Shown in pieces: positions 30,001 to 45,000 of a stretch of DNA of 64,000 nucleotides. The stretch comes from Eledone cirrhosa. Its lineage: Eukaryota. Location: assembly GCA_964016885.1 (NCBI GenBank), contig OZ024741.1, positions 150,412,001 to 150,476,000 on the forward strand, written 5' to 3'. A program made the translations under genes and the position numbers. The notes beneath the pieces are model-generated. The model was given only the letters and a program-made list of their open reading frames with translations. It did no database searches and was not told where the DNA came from. Numbering within the stretch: the first letter of the stretch is position 1; every line of letters starts with the position of its first letter.

Positions 30001-33000
30001 GGTAGACTACGGCCATGCTGGAGAGAAGACATTAACACTATATCTTCTGTTCTGCTGTTGCTAGACTATGGCCATGCTGGAGGGAAGACAATAACACTAT
30101 ATCTTCTGTTCTGCTGTTGGTAGACTACAGCCATGCTGGAGGGAGGATATTGACACTATATCTTCTGTTTTGCTGTTGGTAGACTACGGCCATGCTGGAG
30201 GGAAGACATTAACACTATATCTTCTGTTCTGCTGTTGCTAGACTACGGCCATGCTGGAGGGAGGATATTAACACTATATCTTCTGTTTTGTTGTTGGTAG
30301 ACTACGGCCATGCTGGAGGGAAGACATTAAAACTATATCTCCTGTTCTGCTGTTGGTAGACTACGGCCATGGTGGAGGGAGGATATTAACACTATATCTT
30401 CTGTTTTACTGGTGCTAGACTACGGCCATGCTGGAGGTAAGACATTAACACTATATCTTCTGTTCTGCTGTTGGTAGACTACGGCCATGCTGGAGGGCAG
30501 ACATTAACACTATATCTTCTGTTCTGCTGTTGGTAGACTACGGCCATGCTGGAGGGAAGACATTAACACTATATCTTCTGTTCTGCTGTTGGTAGACTAC
30601 GGCCATGCTGGAGAGAAGACATTAACACTATATCTTCTGTTCTGCTGTTGCTAGACTACGGCCATGCTGGAGGGAAGACATTAACACTATATCTTCTGTT
30701 CTGCTGGTGCTAGACTACGGCCATGCTGGAGGGAAGACATTAACACTATATCTTCTGTTCTGCTGTTGTTAGACTACGGCCATGCTGGAGGGAAGACATT
30801 AACACTATATCTTCTGTTCTGCTGTTGGTAGACTACGGCCATGCTGGAGGGAAGACATTAACACTATATTTTCTGTTCTACTGTTGGTAGACTACGGCCA
30901 TGCTGGAGGGAAGACATTAACACTATATCTTCTGTTCTGCTGTTGGTAGACTACGGCCATGCTGGAGAGAAGACATTAACACTATATCTTCTGTTCTGCT
31001 GTTGCTAGACTACGGCCATGCTGGAGGGAAGAAATTAACACTATATCTTCTGTTCTGCTGTTGCTAGACTACGGCCATGCTGGAGGGAAGACATTAACAC
31101 TATATCTTCTGTTCTGCTGTTGCTAGACTACGGCCATGCTGGAGGGCAGACGTTAACACTATATCTTCTGTTCTGCTGTTGGTAGACTACGGCCATGCTG
31201 GAGGGAGGATATTAAAACTATATCTTCTGTTTTACTGGTGCTAGACTACGGCCATGCTGGAGGGAAGACATTAACACTATATCTTCTGTTCTGCTGTTGG
31301 TAGACTACGGCCATGCTGGAGGGAAGACATTAACACCATATCTTCTGTTCTGCTGTTGGTAGACTACGGCCATGCTGGAGAGAAGACATTAACACTATAT
31401 CTTCTGTTCTGCTGTTGCTAGACTATGGCCATGCTGGAGGGAAGACAATAACACTATATCTTCTGTTCTGCTGTTGGTAGACTACAGCCATGCTGGAGGG
31501 AGGATATTGACACTATATCTTCTGTTTTGCTGTTGGTAGACTACGGCCATGCTGGAGGGAAGACATTAACACTATATCTTCTGTTCTGCTGTTGCTAGAC
31601 TACGGCCATGCTGGAGGGAGGATATTAACACTATATCTTCTGTTTTGTTGTTGGTAGACTACGGCCATGCTGGAGGGAAGACATTAAAACTATATCTCCT
31701 GTTCTGCTGTTGGTAGACTACGGCCATGGTGGAGGGAGGATATTAACACTATATCTTCTGTTTTACTGGTGCTAGACTACGGCCATGCTGGAGGTAAGAC
31801 ATTAACACTATATCTTCTGTTCTGCTGTTGGTAGACTACGGCCATGCTGGAGGGCAGACATTAACACTATATCTTCTGTTCTGCTGTTGGTAGACTACGG
31901 CCATGCTGGAGGGAAGACATTAACACTATATCTTCTGTTCTGCTGTTGGTAGACTATGGCCATGCTGGAGAGAAGACATTAACACTATATCTTCTGTTCT
32001 GCTGTTGCTAGACTACGGCCATGCTGGAGGGAAGACATTAACACTATATCTTCTGTTCTGCTGGTTCTAGACTACGGCCATGCTGGAGGGAAGACATTAA
32101 CACTATATCTTCTGTTCTGCTGTTGTTAGACTACGGCCATGCTGGAGGGAAGACATTAACACTATATCTTCTGTTCTGCTGTTGGTAGACTACGGCCATG
32201 CTGGAGGGAAGACATTAACACTATATTTTCTGTTCTGCTGTTGCTAGACTACGGCCATGCTGGAGGGCAGACGTTAACACTATATCTTCTGTTCTGCTGT
32301 TGCTAGACTACGGCCATGCTGGAGGGCAGACGTTAACACTATATCTTCTGTTCTGCTGTTGCTAGACTACGGCCATGCTGGAGGGCAGACGTCAACACCA
32401 TATCTTCTGTTTTGCTGGTGCTAGACTACGGCCATGCTGGAGGGCAGACGTTAACACTATATCTTCTGTTCTGCTGTTGCTAGACTACGGCCATGCTGGA
32501 GGGAAGACATTAACACTATATCTTCTGTTCTGCCGTTGCTAGACTACGGCCATGCTGGAGGGCAGACGTTAACACTATATCTTCTGTTCTGCTGTTGGTA
32601 GACTACGGCCATGCTGGAGGGAGGATATTAACACTATATCTTCTGTTTTGCTGTTGGAAGACTTCGGCCATGCTGGAGGGAAGACATTAACACTATATCT
32701 TCTGTTCTGCTGTTGGTAGACTACGGCCATGCTGGAGGGAGGATATTAAAACTATATCTTCTGTTTTACTGGTGCTAGACTACGGCCATGCTGGAGGGAA
32801 GACATTAACACTATATCTTCTGTTCTGCTGTTGGTAGACTACGGCCATGCTGGAGGGAAGACATTAACACCATATCTTCTGTTCTGCTGTTGGTAGACTA
32901 CGGCCATGCTGGAGAGAAGACATTAACACTATATCTTCTGTTCTGCTGTTGCTAGACTATGGCCATGCTGGAGGGAAGACAATAACACTATATCTTCTGT

Positions 33001-36000
33001 TCTGCTGTTGGTAGACTACAGCCATGCTGGAGGGAGGATATTGACACTATATCTTCTGTTTTGCTGTTGGTAGACTACGGCCATGCTGGAGGGAAGACAT
33101 TAACACTATATCTTCTGTTCTGCTGTTGCTAGACTACGGCCATGCTGGAGGGAGGATATTAACACTATATCTTCTGTTTTGTTGTTGGTAGACTACGGCC
33201 ATGCTGGAGGGAAGACATTAAAACTATATCTCCTGTTCTGCTGTTGGTAGACTACGGCCATGGTGGAGGGAGGATATTAACACTATATCTTCTGTTTTAC
33301 TGGTGCTAGACTACGGCCATGCTGGAGGTAAGACATTAACACTATATCTTCTGTTCTGCTGTTGGTAGACTACGGCCATGCTGGAGGGCAGACATTAACA
33401 CTATATCTTCTGTTCTGCTGTTGGTAGACTACGGCCATGCTGGAGGGAAGACATTAACACTATATCTTCTGTTCTGCTGTTGGTAGACTACGGCCATGCT
33501 GGAGAGAAGACATTAACACTATATCTTCTGTTCTGCTGTTGCTAGACTACGGCCATGCTGGAGGGAAGACATTAACACTATATCTTCTGTTCTGCTGGTG
33601 CTAGACTACGGCCATGCTGGAGGGAAGACATTAACACTATATCTTCTGTTCTGCTGTTGTTAGACTACGGCCATGCTGGAGGGAAGACATTAACACTATA
33701 TCTTCTGTTCTGCTGTTGGTAGACTACGGCCATGCTGGAGGGAAGACATTAACACTATATTTTCTGTTCTACTGTTGGTAGACTACGGCCATGCTGGAGG
33801 GAAGACATTAACACTATATCTTCTGTTCTGCTGTTGGTAGACTACGGCCATGCTGGAGAGAAGACATTAACACTATATCTTCTGTTCTGCTGTTGCTAGA
33901 CTACGGCCATGCTGGAGGGAAGAAATTAACACTATATCTTCTGTTCTGCTGTTGCTAGACTACGGCCATGCTGGAGGGAAGACATTAACACTATATCTTC
34001 TGTTCTGCTGTTGCTAGACTACGGCCATGCTGGAGGGCAGACGTTAACACTATATCTTCTGTTCTGCTGTTGGTAGACTACGGCCATGCTGGAGGGAGGA
34101 TATTAAAACTATATCTTCTGTTTTACTGGTGCTAGACTACGGCCATGCTGGAGGGAAGACATTAACACTATATCTTCTGTTCTGCTGTTGGTAGACTACG
34201 GCCATGCTGGAGGGAAGACATTAACACCATATCTTCTGTTCTGCTGTTGGTAGACTACGGCCATGCTGGAGAGAAGACATTAACACTATATCTTCTGTTC
34301 TGCTGTTGCTAGACTATGGCCATGCTGGAGGGAAGACAATAACACTATATCTTCTGTTCTGCTGTTGGTAGACTACAGCCATGCTGGAGGGAGGATATTG
34401 ACACTATATCTTCTGTTTTGCTGTTGGTAGACTACGGCCATGCTGGAGGGAAGACATTAACACTATATCTTCTGTTCTGCTGTTGCTAGACTACGGCCAT
34501 GCTGGAGGGAGGATATTAACACTATATCTTCTGTTTTGTTGTTGGTAGACTACGGCCATGCTGGAGGGAAGACATTAAAACTATATCTCCTGTTCTGCTG
34601 TTGGTAGACTACGGCCATGGTGGAGGGAGGATATTAACACTATATCTTCTGTTTTACTGGTGCTAGACTACGGCCATGCTGGAGGTAAGACATTAACACT
34701 ATATCTTCTGTTCTGCTGTTGGTAGACTACGGCCATGCTGGAGGGCAGACATTAACACTATATCTTCTGTTCTGCTGTTGGTAGACTACGGCCATGCTGG
34801 AGGGAAGACATTAACACTATATCTTCTGTTCTGCTGTTGGTAGACTATGGCCATGCTGGAGAGAAGACATTAACACTATATCTTCTGTTCTGCTGTTGCT
34901 AGACTACGGCCATGCTGGAGGGAAGACATTAACACTATATCTTCTGTTCTGCTGGTTCTAGACTACGGCCATGCTGGAGGGAAGACATTAACACTATATC
35001 TTCTGTTCTGCTGTTGTTAGACTACGGCCATGCTGGAGGGAAGACATTAACACTATATCTTCTGTTCTGCTGTTGGTAGACTACGGCCATGCTGGAGGGA
35101 AGACATTAACACTATATTTTCTGTTCTGCTGTTGGTAGACTACGGCCATGCTGGAGGGAAGACATTAACACTATATCTTCTGTTCTGCTGTTGGTAGACT
35201 ACGGCCATGCTGGAGAGAAGACATTAACACCATATCTTCTGTTTTGCTGGTGCTAGACTACGGCCATGCTGGAGGGCAGACGTTAACACTATATCTTTTG
35301 TTCTGCTGTTGCTAGACTACGGCCATGCTGTAGGGAAGACGTTAACACCATATCTTCTGTTTTGCTGGTGCTAGACTACGGCCATGCTGGAGGGCAGACG
35401 TTAACACTATATCTTCTGTTCTGCTGTTGCTAGACTACGGCCATGCTGGAGGGAAGACATTAACACTATATCTTCTGTTCTGCTGTTGCTAGACTACGGC
35501 CATGCTGGAGGGCAGACGTTAACACTATATCTTCTGTTCTGCTGGTGCTAGACTACGGCCATGCTGGAGGGAAGACATTAACACTATATCTTCTGTTCTG
35601 CTGTTGCTAGCCTACGGCCATGCTGGAGGGAAGACATTAACACTATATCTTCTGTTCTGCTGTTGCTAGACTACGGCCATGCTGGAGGGAACACATTAAC
35701 ACTATATCTTCTGTTCTGCTGTTGCTAGACTACGGCCATGCTGGAGGGAAGACATTAACACTATATCTTCTGTGCTGCTGTTGGTAGACTACCTCCATGC
35801 TGGAGGGAAGACATTAACACTATATCTTCTGTTCTGCTGTTGGTAGACTACGGCCATGCTGGAGGGTAGACATTAACACTATATCTTCTGTTCTGCTGTT
35901 GCTAGACTACGGCCATGCTGGAGGGCAGACGTTAACACTATATCGTCTGTTCTGCTGTTGCTAGACTACGGCCATGCTGGAGGGCAGAGGTTAACACTAT

Positions 36001-39000
36001 ATCTTCTGTTCTGCTGTTGCTAGACTACGGCCATGCTGGAGGGCAGACGTTAACACTATATCTTCTGTTCTGCTGTTGCTAGACTACGGCCATGCTGGAG
36101 GGCAGACGTTAACACTATATCTTCTGTTCTGCTGGTGCTAGACTACGGCCATGCTGGAGGGCAGACATTAACACTATATCTTCTGTTCTGCTGGTGCTAG
36201 ACTACGGCCATGCTGGAGGGAAGACATTAACACTATATCTTCTGTTCTGCTGTTGGTAGACTACGGCCATGCTGGAGAGAAGACATTAACACTATACCTT
36301 CTGTTCTGCTGTTGCTAGACTACGGCCATGCTGGAGGGAAGACATTAACACTATATCTTCTGTTCTGCTGGTGCTAGACTACGGCCATGCTGGAGGGAAG
36401 ACATTAACACTATATCTTCTGTTCTGCTGTTGTTAGACTACGGCCATGCTGGAGGGAAGACATTAACACTATATCTTCTGTTCTGCTGTTGGTAGACTAC
36501 GGCCATGCTGGAGGGAAGACATTAACACTATATTTTCTGTTCTGCTGTTGGTAGACTACGGCCATGCTGGAGGGAAGACATTAACACTATATCTTCTGTT
36601 CTGCTGTTGGTAGACTACGGCCATGCTGGAGAGAAGACATTAACACTATATCTTCTGTTCTGCTGTTGCTAGACTACGGCCATGCTGGAGGGAAGAAATT
36701 AACACTATATCTTCTGTTCTGCTGTTGCTAGACTACGGCCATGCTGGAGGGAAGACATTAACACTATATCTTCTGTTCTGCTGTTGCTAGACTACGGCCA
36801 TGCTGGAGGGCAGACGTTAACACTATATCTTCTGTTCTGCTGTTGCTAGACTACGGCCATGCTGGAGGGCAGACGTTAACACTATATCTTCTGTTCTGCT
36901 GTTGCTAGACTACGGCCATGCTGGAGGGAAGACGTTAACACCATATCTTCTGTTTTGCTGGTGCTAGACTACGGCCATGCTGGAGGGCAGACGTTAACAC
37001 TATATCTTCTGTTCTGCTGTTGCTAGACTACGGCCATGCTGGAGGGAAGACATTAACACTATATCTTCTGTTCTGCTGTTGCTAGACTACGGCCATGCTG
37101 GAGGGCAGACGTTAACACTATATCTTCTGGTCTGCTGGTGCTAGACTACGGCCATGCTGGAGGGAAGACATTAACACTATATCTTCTGTTCTGCTGTTGC
37201 TAGCCTACGGCCATGCTGGAGGGAAGACATTAACACTATATCTTCTGTTCTGCTGTTGCTAGACTACGGCCATGCTGGAGGGAACACATTAACACTATAT
37301 CTTCTGTTCTGCTGTTGCTAGACTACGGCCATGCTGGAGGGAAGACATTAACACTATATCTTCTGTGCTGCTGTTGGTAGACTACCTCCATGCTGGAGGG
37401 AAGACATTAACACTATATCTTCTGTTCTGCTGTTGGTAGACTACGGCCATGCTGGAGGGTAGACATTAACACTATATCTTCTGTTCTGCTGTTGCTAGAC
37501 TACGGCCATGCTGGAGGGCAGACGTTAACACTATATCATCTGTTCTGCTGTTGCTAGACTACGGCCATGCTGGAGGGCAGAGGTTAACACTATATCTTCT
37601 GTTCTGCTGTTGCTAGACTACGGCCATGCTGGAGGGCAGACGTTAACACTATATCTTCTGTTCTGCTGTTGCTAGACTACGGCCATGCTGGAAGGCAGAC
37701 GTTAACACTATATCTTCTGTTCTGCTGGTGCTAGACTACGGCCATGCTGGAGGGCAGACATTAACACTATATCTTCTGTTCTGCTGGTGCTAGACTACGG
37801 CCATGCTGGAGGGAAGACATTAACACTATATCTTCTGTTCTGCTGTTGGTAGACTACGGCCATGCTGGAGGGAAGACATTAACACTATATCTTCTGTTCT
37901 GCTGTTGCTAGATTACGGCCATGCTGGAGGGAAGACATTAACACTATATCTTCTGTTTTGCTGGTGCTAGACTACGGCCATGCTGGAGGGAAGACATTAA
38001 CACTATATCTTCTGTTCTGCTGTTGCTAGACTACGGCCATGCTGGAGGGAAGACATTAACACTATATCTTCTGTTCTGCTGTTGATAGACTACGGCCATG
38101 CTGGAGGGAAGACATTAACACTATATCTTCTGTTCTGCTGTTGGTAGACTACGGCCATGCTGGAGGGAAGACATTAACACTATATCTTCTGTTCTGCTGT
38201 TGATAGACTACGGCCATGCTGGAGGGAAGACATTAACACTATATCTTCTGTTTTGCTGGTGCTAGACTACGGCCATGCTGGAGGGAAGACATTAACACTA
38301 TATCTTCTGTTTTGCTGGTGCTAGACTACGGCCATGCTGGAGGGAGGATATTAACACTATATCTTCTGTTTTGCTGTTGGTAGACTACGGCCATGCTGGA
38401 GGGAAGACATTAACACTATATCTTCTGTTCTGCTGTTGGTAGACTACGGCCATGCTGGAGGGAGGATATTAACACTATATCTTCTGTTTTGCTGTTGGTA
38501 GTCTACGGCCATGCTGGAGGGAAGACATTAACACTATATCTTCTGTTCTACTGTTGGTAGACTACGGCCATGCTGGAGGGAGGATATTAACACTATATCT
38601 TCTGTTGTGCTGTTGGAAGACTACGGCCATGCTGGAGGGAAGACATTAACACTATATCTTCTGTTCTGCTGTTGGTAGACTACGGCCATGCTGGAGGGAG
38701 GATATTAACACTATATCTTCTGTTTTACTGTTGGTAGACTACGGCCATGCTGGAGTGAAGACATTAACACTATATCTTCTGTTCTGCTGTTGGTAGACTA
38801 CGGCCATTCTGGAGGGAGGATATTAACACTATATCTTCTGTTTTGCTGTTGGTAGACTACGGCCATGCTGGAGGGAAGACATTAACACTATATCTTCTGT
38901 TTTGCTGGTGCTAGACTACGGCCATGCTGGAGGGAAGACATTAACACTATATCTTCTGTTCTGCTGTTGCTAGACTACGGCCATGCTGGAGGGAAGACAT

Positions 39001-42000
39001 TAACACTATATCTTCTGTTCTGCTGTTGATAGACTACGGCCATGCTGGAGGGAAGACATTAACACTATATCTTCTGTTCTGCTGTTGGTAGACTACGGCC
39101 ATGCTGGAGGGAAGACATTAACACTATATCTTCTGTTCTGCTGTTGATAGACTACGGCCATGCTGGAGGGAAGACATTAACACTATATCTTCTGTTCTGC
39201 TGTTGGCAGACTACGGCCATGCTGGAGGGAAGACATTAACACTATATCTTCTGTTCTACTGTTGATAGACTACGGCCATGCTGGAGGGAAGACATTAACA
39301 CTATATCTTCTGTTCTGCTGTTGCTAGATTACGGCCATGCCGGAGGGAAGACATTAACACTATATCTTCTGTTTTGCTGGTGCTAGACTACGGCCATGCT
39401 GGAGGGAAGACATTAACACTATATCTTCTGTTTTGCTGGTGCTAGACAACGGCCATGCTGGAGGGAGGATATTAACACTATATCTTCTGTTTTGCTGTTG
39501 GTAGACTACGGCCATGCTAGAGGGAAGACATTAACACTATATCTTCTGTTCTGCTGTTGGTAGACTACGGCCATGCTGGAGGGAGGATATTAACACTATA
39601 TCTTCTGTTTTGCTGTTGGTAGTCTACGGCCATGCTGGAGGGAAGACATTAACACTATATCTTCTGTTCTACTGTTGGTAGACTACGGCCATGCTGGAGG
39701 GAGGATATTAACACTATATCTTCTGTTGTGCTGTTGGAAGACTACGGCCATGCTGGAGGGAAGACATTAACACTATATCTTCTGTTCTGCTGTTGGTAGA
39801 CTACGGCCATGCTGGAGGGAGGATATTAACACTATATCTTCTGTTTTACTGTTGGTAGACTACGGCCATGCTGGAGTGAAGACATTAACACTATATCTTC
39901 TGTTCTGCTGTTGCTAGACTACGGCCATGCTGGAGGGAAGACATTAACACTATATCTTCTGTTCTGCTGTTGCTAGACTACGGCCATGCTGGAGGGAAGA
40001 CATTAACACTATATCTTCTGTGCTGCTGTTGGTAGACTACGTCCATGCTGGAGGGAAGACATTAACACTATATCTTCTGTTCTGCTGTTGGTAGACTACG
40101 GCCATGCTGGAGGGCAGACATTAACACTATATCTTCTGTTCTGCTGTTGCTAGACTACGGCCATGCTGGAGGGCAGACGTTAACACTATATCGTCTGTTC
40201 TGCTGTTGCTAGACTACGGCCATGCTGGAGGGCAGAGGTTAACACTATATCTTCTGTTCTGCTGTTGCTAGACTACGGCCATGCTGGAGGGCAGACGTTA
40301 ACACTATATCTTCTGTTCTGCTGTTGCTAGACTACGGCCATGCTGGAGGGAAGACATTAACACTATATCTTCTGTTCTGCTGTTGCTAGATTACGGCCAT
40401 GCTGGAGGGAAGACATTAACACTATATCTTCTGTTTTGCTGGTGCTAGACTACGGCCATGCTGGAGGGAAGACATTAACACTATATCTTCTGTTCTGCTG
40501 TTGCTAGACTACGGCCATGCTGGAGGGAAGACATTAACACTATATCTTCTGTTCTGCTGTTGATAGACTACGGCCATGCTGGAGGGAAGACATTAACACT
40601 ATATCTTCTGTTCTGCTGTTGGTAGACTACGGCCATGCTGGAGGGAAGACATTAACACTATATCTTCTGTTCTGCTGTTGATAGACTACGGCCATGCTGG
40701 AGGGAAGACATTAAAACTATATCTTCTGTTCTGCTGTTGGCAGACTACGGCCATGCTGGAGGGAAGACATTAACACTATATCTTCTGTTCTGCTGTTGAT
40801 AGACTACGGCCATGCTGGAGGGAAGACATTAACACTATATCTTCTGTTCTGCTGTTGCTAGATTACGGCCATGCCGGAGGGAAGACATTAACACTATATC
40901 TTCTGTTTTGCTGGTGCTAGACTACGGCCATGCTGGAGGGAAGACATTAACACTATATCTTCTGTTTTGCTGGTGCTAGACTACGGCCATGCTGGAGGGA
41001 GGATATTAACACTATATCTTCTGTTTTGCTGTTGGTAGACTACGGCCATGCTAGAGGGAAGACATTAACACTATATCTTCTGTTCTGCTGTTGGTAGACT
41101 ACGGCCATGCTGGAGGGAGGATATTAACACTATATCTTCTGTTTTGCTGTTGGTAGTCTACGGCCATGCTGGAGGGAAGACATTAACACTATATCTTCTG
41201 TTCTACTGTTGGTAGACTACGGCCATGCTGGAGGGAGGATATTAACATTATATCTTCTGTTGTGCTGTTGGAAGACTACGGCCATGCTGGAGGGAAGACA
41301 TTAACACTATATCTTCTGTCCTGCTGTTGGTAGACTACGGCCATGCTGGAGGGAGGATATTAACACTATATCTTCTGTTTTACTGTTGGTAGACTACGGC
41401 CATGCTGGAGTGAAGACATTAACACTATATCTTCTGTTCTGCTGTTGGTAGACTACGGCCATTCTGGAGGGAGGATATTAACACTATATCTTCTGTTTTG
41501 CTGTTGGTAGACTACGGCCATGCTGGAGGGAAGACATTAACACTATATCTTCTGTTCTACTGTTGGTAGACTACGGCCATGCTGGAGGGAGGATATTAAC
41601 ACTATATCTTCTGTTTTGCTGTTGGTAGACTACGGCCATGCTGGAGGGAAGACATTAACACTATATCTTCTGTTCTGCTGTTGGTAGACTACGGCCATGC
41701 TGGAGGGAAGACATTAACACTATATCTTCTGTTCTGCTGTTGGTAGACTACGGCCATGCTGGAGGGAGGATATTAACACTATATCTTCTGTTTTACTGGT
41801 GCTAGACTACGGCCATGCTGGAGGGAAGACATTAACACTATATCTTCTGTTCTGCTGTTGGTAGACTACGGCCATGCTGGAGGGAAGATATTAACACTAT
41901 ATCTTCTGTTCTGCTGTTGGTAGACTACGGCCATGCTGGAGGGAGGATATTAACACTATATCTTCTGTTTTGCTGTTGGTAGACTACGGCCATGCTGGAG

Positions 42001-45000
42001 GGAAGACATTAACACTATATCTTCTGTTCTACTGTTGGTAGACTCCGGCCATGCTGGAGGGAGGATATTAACACTATATCTTCTGTTCTACTGTTGGTAG
42101 ACTACGGCCATGCTGGAGGGAGGATATTAACACTATATCTTTTGTTTTGCTGTTGGTAGACTACGGCCATGCTGGAGGGAAGACATTAACACTATATCTT
42201 CTGTTCTGCTGTTGGTAGACTACGGCCATTCTGGAGAGAGGACATTAACACTATATCTTCTGTTTTGCTGTTGGTAGACTACGGCCATGCTGGAGGGAAG
42301 ACATTAACACTATATCTTCTGTTCTACTGGTGGTAGACTACGGCCATGCTGGAGGGAGGATATTAACATTATATCTTCTGTTTTGCTGTTGGTAGACTAC
42401 GGCCATGCTGGAGGGAAGACATTAACACTATATCTTCTGTTCTGCTGTTGGTAGACTACGGCCATGCTGGAGGGAGGATATTAACACTATATCTTCTGTT
42501 TTACTGGTGCTAGACTACGGCCATGCTGGAGGGAAGACATTAACACTATATCTTCTGTTCTGCTGTTGGTAGACTACGGCCATGCTGGAGGGAAGACATT
42601 AACACTATATCTTCTGTTCTGCTGTTGGTAGACTACGGCCATGCTGGAGGGAGGATATTAACACTATATCTTCTGTTTTACTGGTGCTAGACTACAGCCA
42701 TGCTGGAGGAAAGACATTAACACTATATCTTCTGTTCTGCTGTTGGTAGACTACGGCCATGCTGGAGGGAAGACATTAACACTATATCTTCTGTTCTGCT
42801 GTTGGTAGACTACGGCCATGCTGGAGAGAAGACATTAACACTATATCTTCTGTTCTGCTGTTGCTAGACTACGGCCATGCTGGAGGGAAGACACTAACAC
42901 TATATCTTCTGTTCTGCTGTCGCTAGACTACGGCCATGCTGGAGGGAAGACATTAACACTATATCTTCTGTTCTGCTGTTGGTAGAGTACGGCCATGCTG
43001 GAGGGAAGACATTAACACTATATCTTCTGTTCTGCTGTTGCTAGACTACGGCCATGCTGGAGGGCAGCCGTTAACACTATATCTTCTGTTCTGCTGTTGC
43101 TAGACTACGGCCATGCTGGAGGGCAGACGTTAACACTATATCTTCTGTTTTGCTGGTGCTAGACTACGACCATGCTGGAGGGAAGACATTAACACTATAT
43201 CTTCTGTTCTGCTGTTGGTAGACTACGGCCATACTGGCGGGAAGACATTAACACTATATCTTCTGTTTTGCTGTTGCTAGACTACGGCCATGCTGGAGGG
43301 AAGACATTAACACTATATCTTCTGTTCTGCTGTTGCTAGACTACGGCCATGCTGGAGGGCAGACATTAACACTATATCTTCTGTTTTGCTGTTGCTAGAC
43401 TACGGCCATGCTGGAGGGAAGACATTAACACTATATCTTCTGTTCTGCTGTTGCTAGACTACGGCCATGCTGGAGGGAAGACATTAACACTATATCTTCT
43501 GTTCTGCTGTTGCTAGACTACGGCCATGCTGGAGGGCAGACATTAACACTATATCTTCTGTTTTGCTGTTGGTAGACTACGGCCATGCTGGAGGGAAGAC
43601 ATTAACACTATATCTTCTGTTCTGCTGTTGGTAGACTACGGCCCTGCTGGAGGGAAGACATTAACACTATATCTTCTGTTCTGCTGTTGCTAGACTACGG
43701 CCATGCTGGAGGGAAGACATTAACACTATATCTTCTGTTTTGCTGGTGCTAGACTACGGCCATGCTGGAGGGAAGACATTAACACTATATCTTCTGTCTT
43801 GCTGGTGCTAGACTACGGCCATGCTGGAGGGAAGACATTAACACTATATCTTCTGTTCTGCTGTTGGTAGACTACGGCCATTCTGGAGGGAGGATATTAA
43901 CACTATATCTTCTGTTTTGCTGTTGGTAGACTACGGCCATGCTGGAGGGAAGACATTAACACTATATCTTCTGTTCTACTGTTGGTAGACTACGGCCATG
44001 CTGGAGGGAGGATATTAACACTATATCTTCTGTTTTGCTGTTGGTAGACTACGGCCATGCTGGAGGGAAGACATTAACACTATATCTTCCTTTCTGCTGT
44101 TGGTAGACTACGGCCATGCTGGAGGGAAGACATTAACACTATATCTTCTGTTCTGCTGTTGGTAGACTACGGCCATGCTGGAGGGAGGATATTAACACTA
44201 TATCTTCTGTTTTACTGGTGCTAGACTACGGCCATGCTGGAGGGAAGACATTAACACTATATCTTCTGTTCTGCTGTTGGTAGACTACGGCCATGCTGGA
44301 GGGAAGACATTAACACTATATCTTCTGTTCTGCTGTTGGTAGACTACGGCCATGCTGGAGGGAGGATATTAACACTATATCTTCTGTTTTGCTGTTGGTA
44401 GACTACGGCCATGCTGGAGGGAAGATATTAACACTATATCTTCTGTTCTACTGTTGGTAGACTACGGCCATGCTGGAGGGAGGATATTAACACTATATCT
44501 TCTGTTCTACTGTTGGTAGACTACGGCCATGCTGGAGGGAGGATATTAACACTATATCTTTTGTTTTGCTGTTGGTAGACTACGGCCATGCTGGAGGGAA
44601 GACATTAACACTATATCTTCTGTTCTGCTGTTGGTAGACTACGGCCATTCTGGAGGGAGGATATTAACACTATATCTTCTGTTTTGCTGTTGGTAGACTA
44701 CGGCCATGCTGGAGGGAAGACATTAACACTATATCTTCTGTTCTACTGTTGGTAGACTACGGCCATGCTGGAGGGAAGACATTAACACTATATCTTCTGT
44801 TCTGCTGTTGGTAGACTACGGCCATGCTGGAGGGAGGATATTAACACTATATCTTCTGTTTTACTGGTGCTAGACTACGGCCATGCTGGAGGGAAGACAT
44901 TAACACTATATCTTCTGTTCTGCTGTTGGTAGACTACGGCCATGCTGGAGGGAAGACATTAACACTATATCTTCTGTTCTGCTGTTGGTCGACTACGGCC

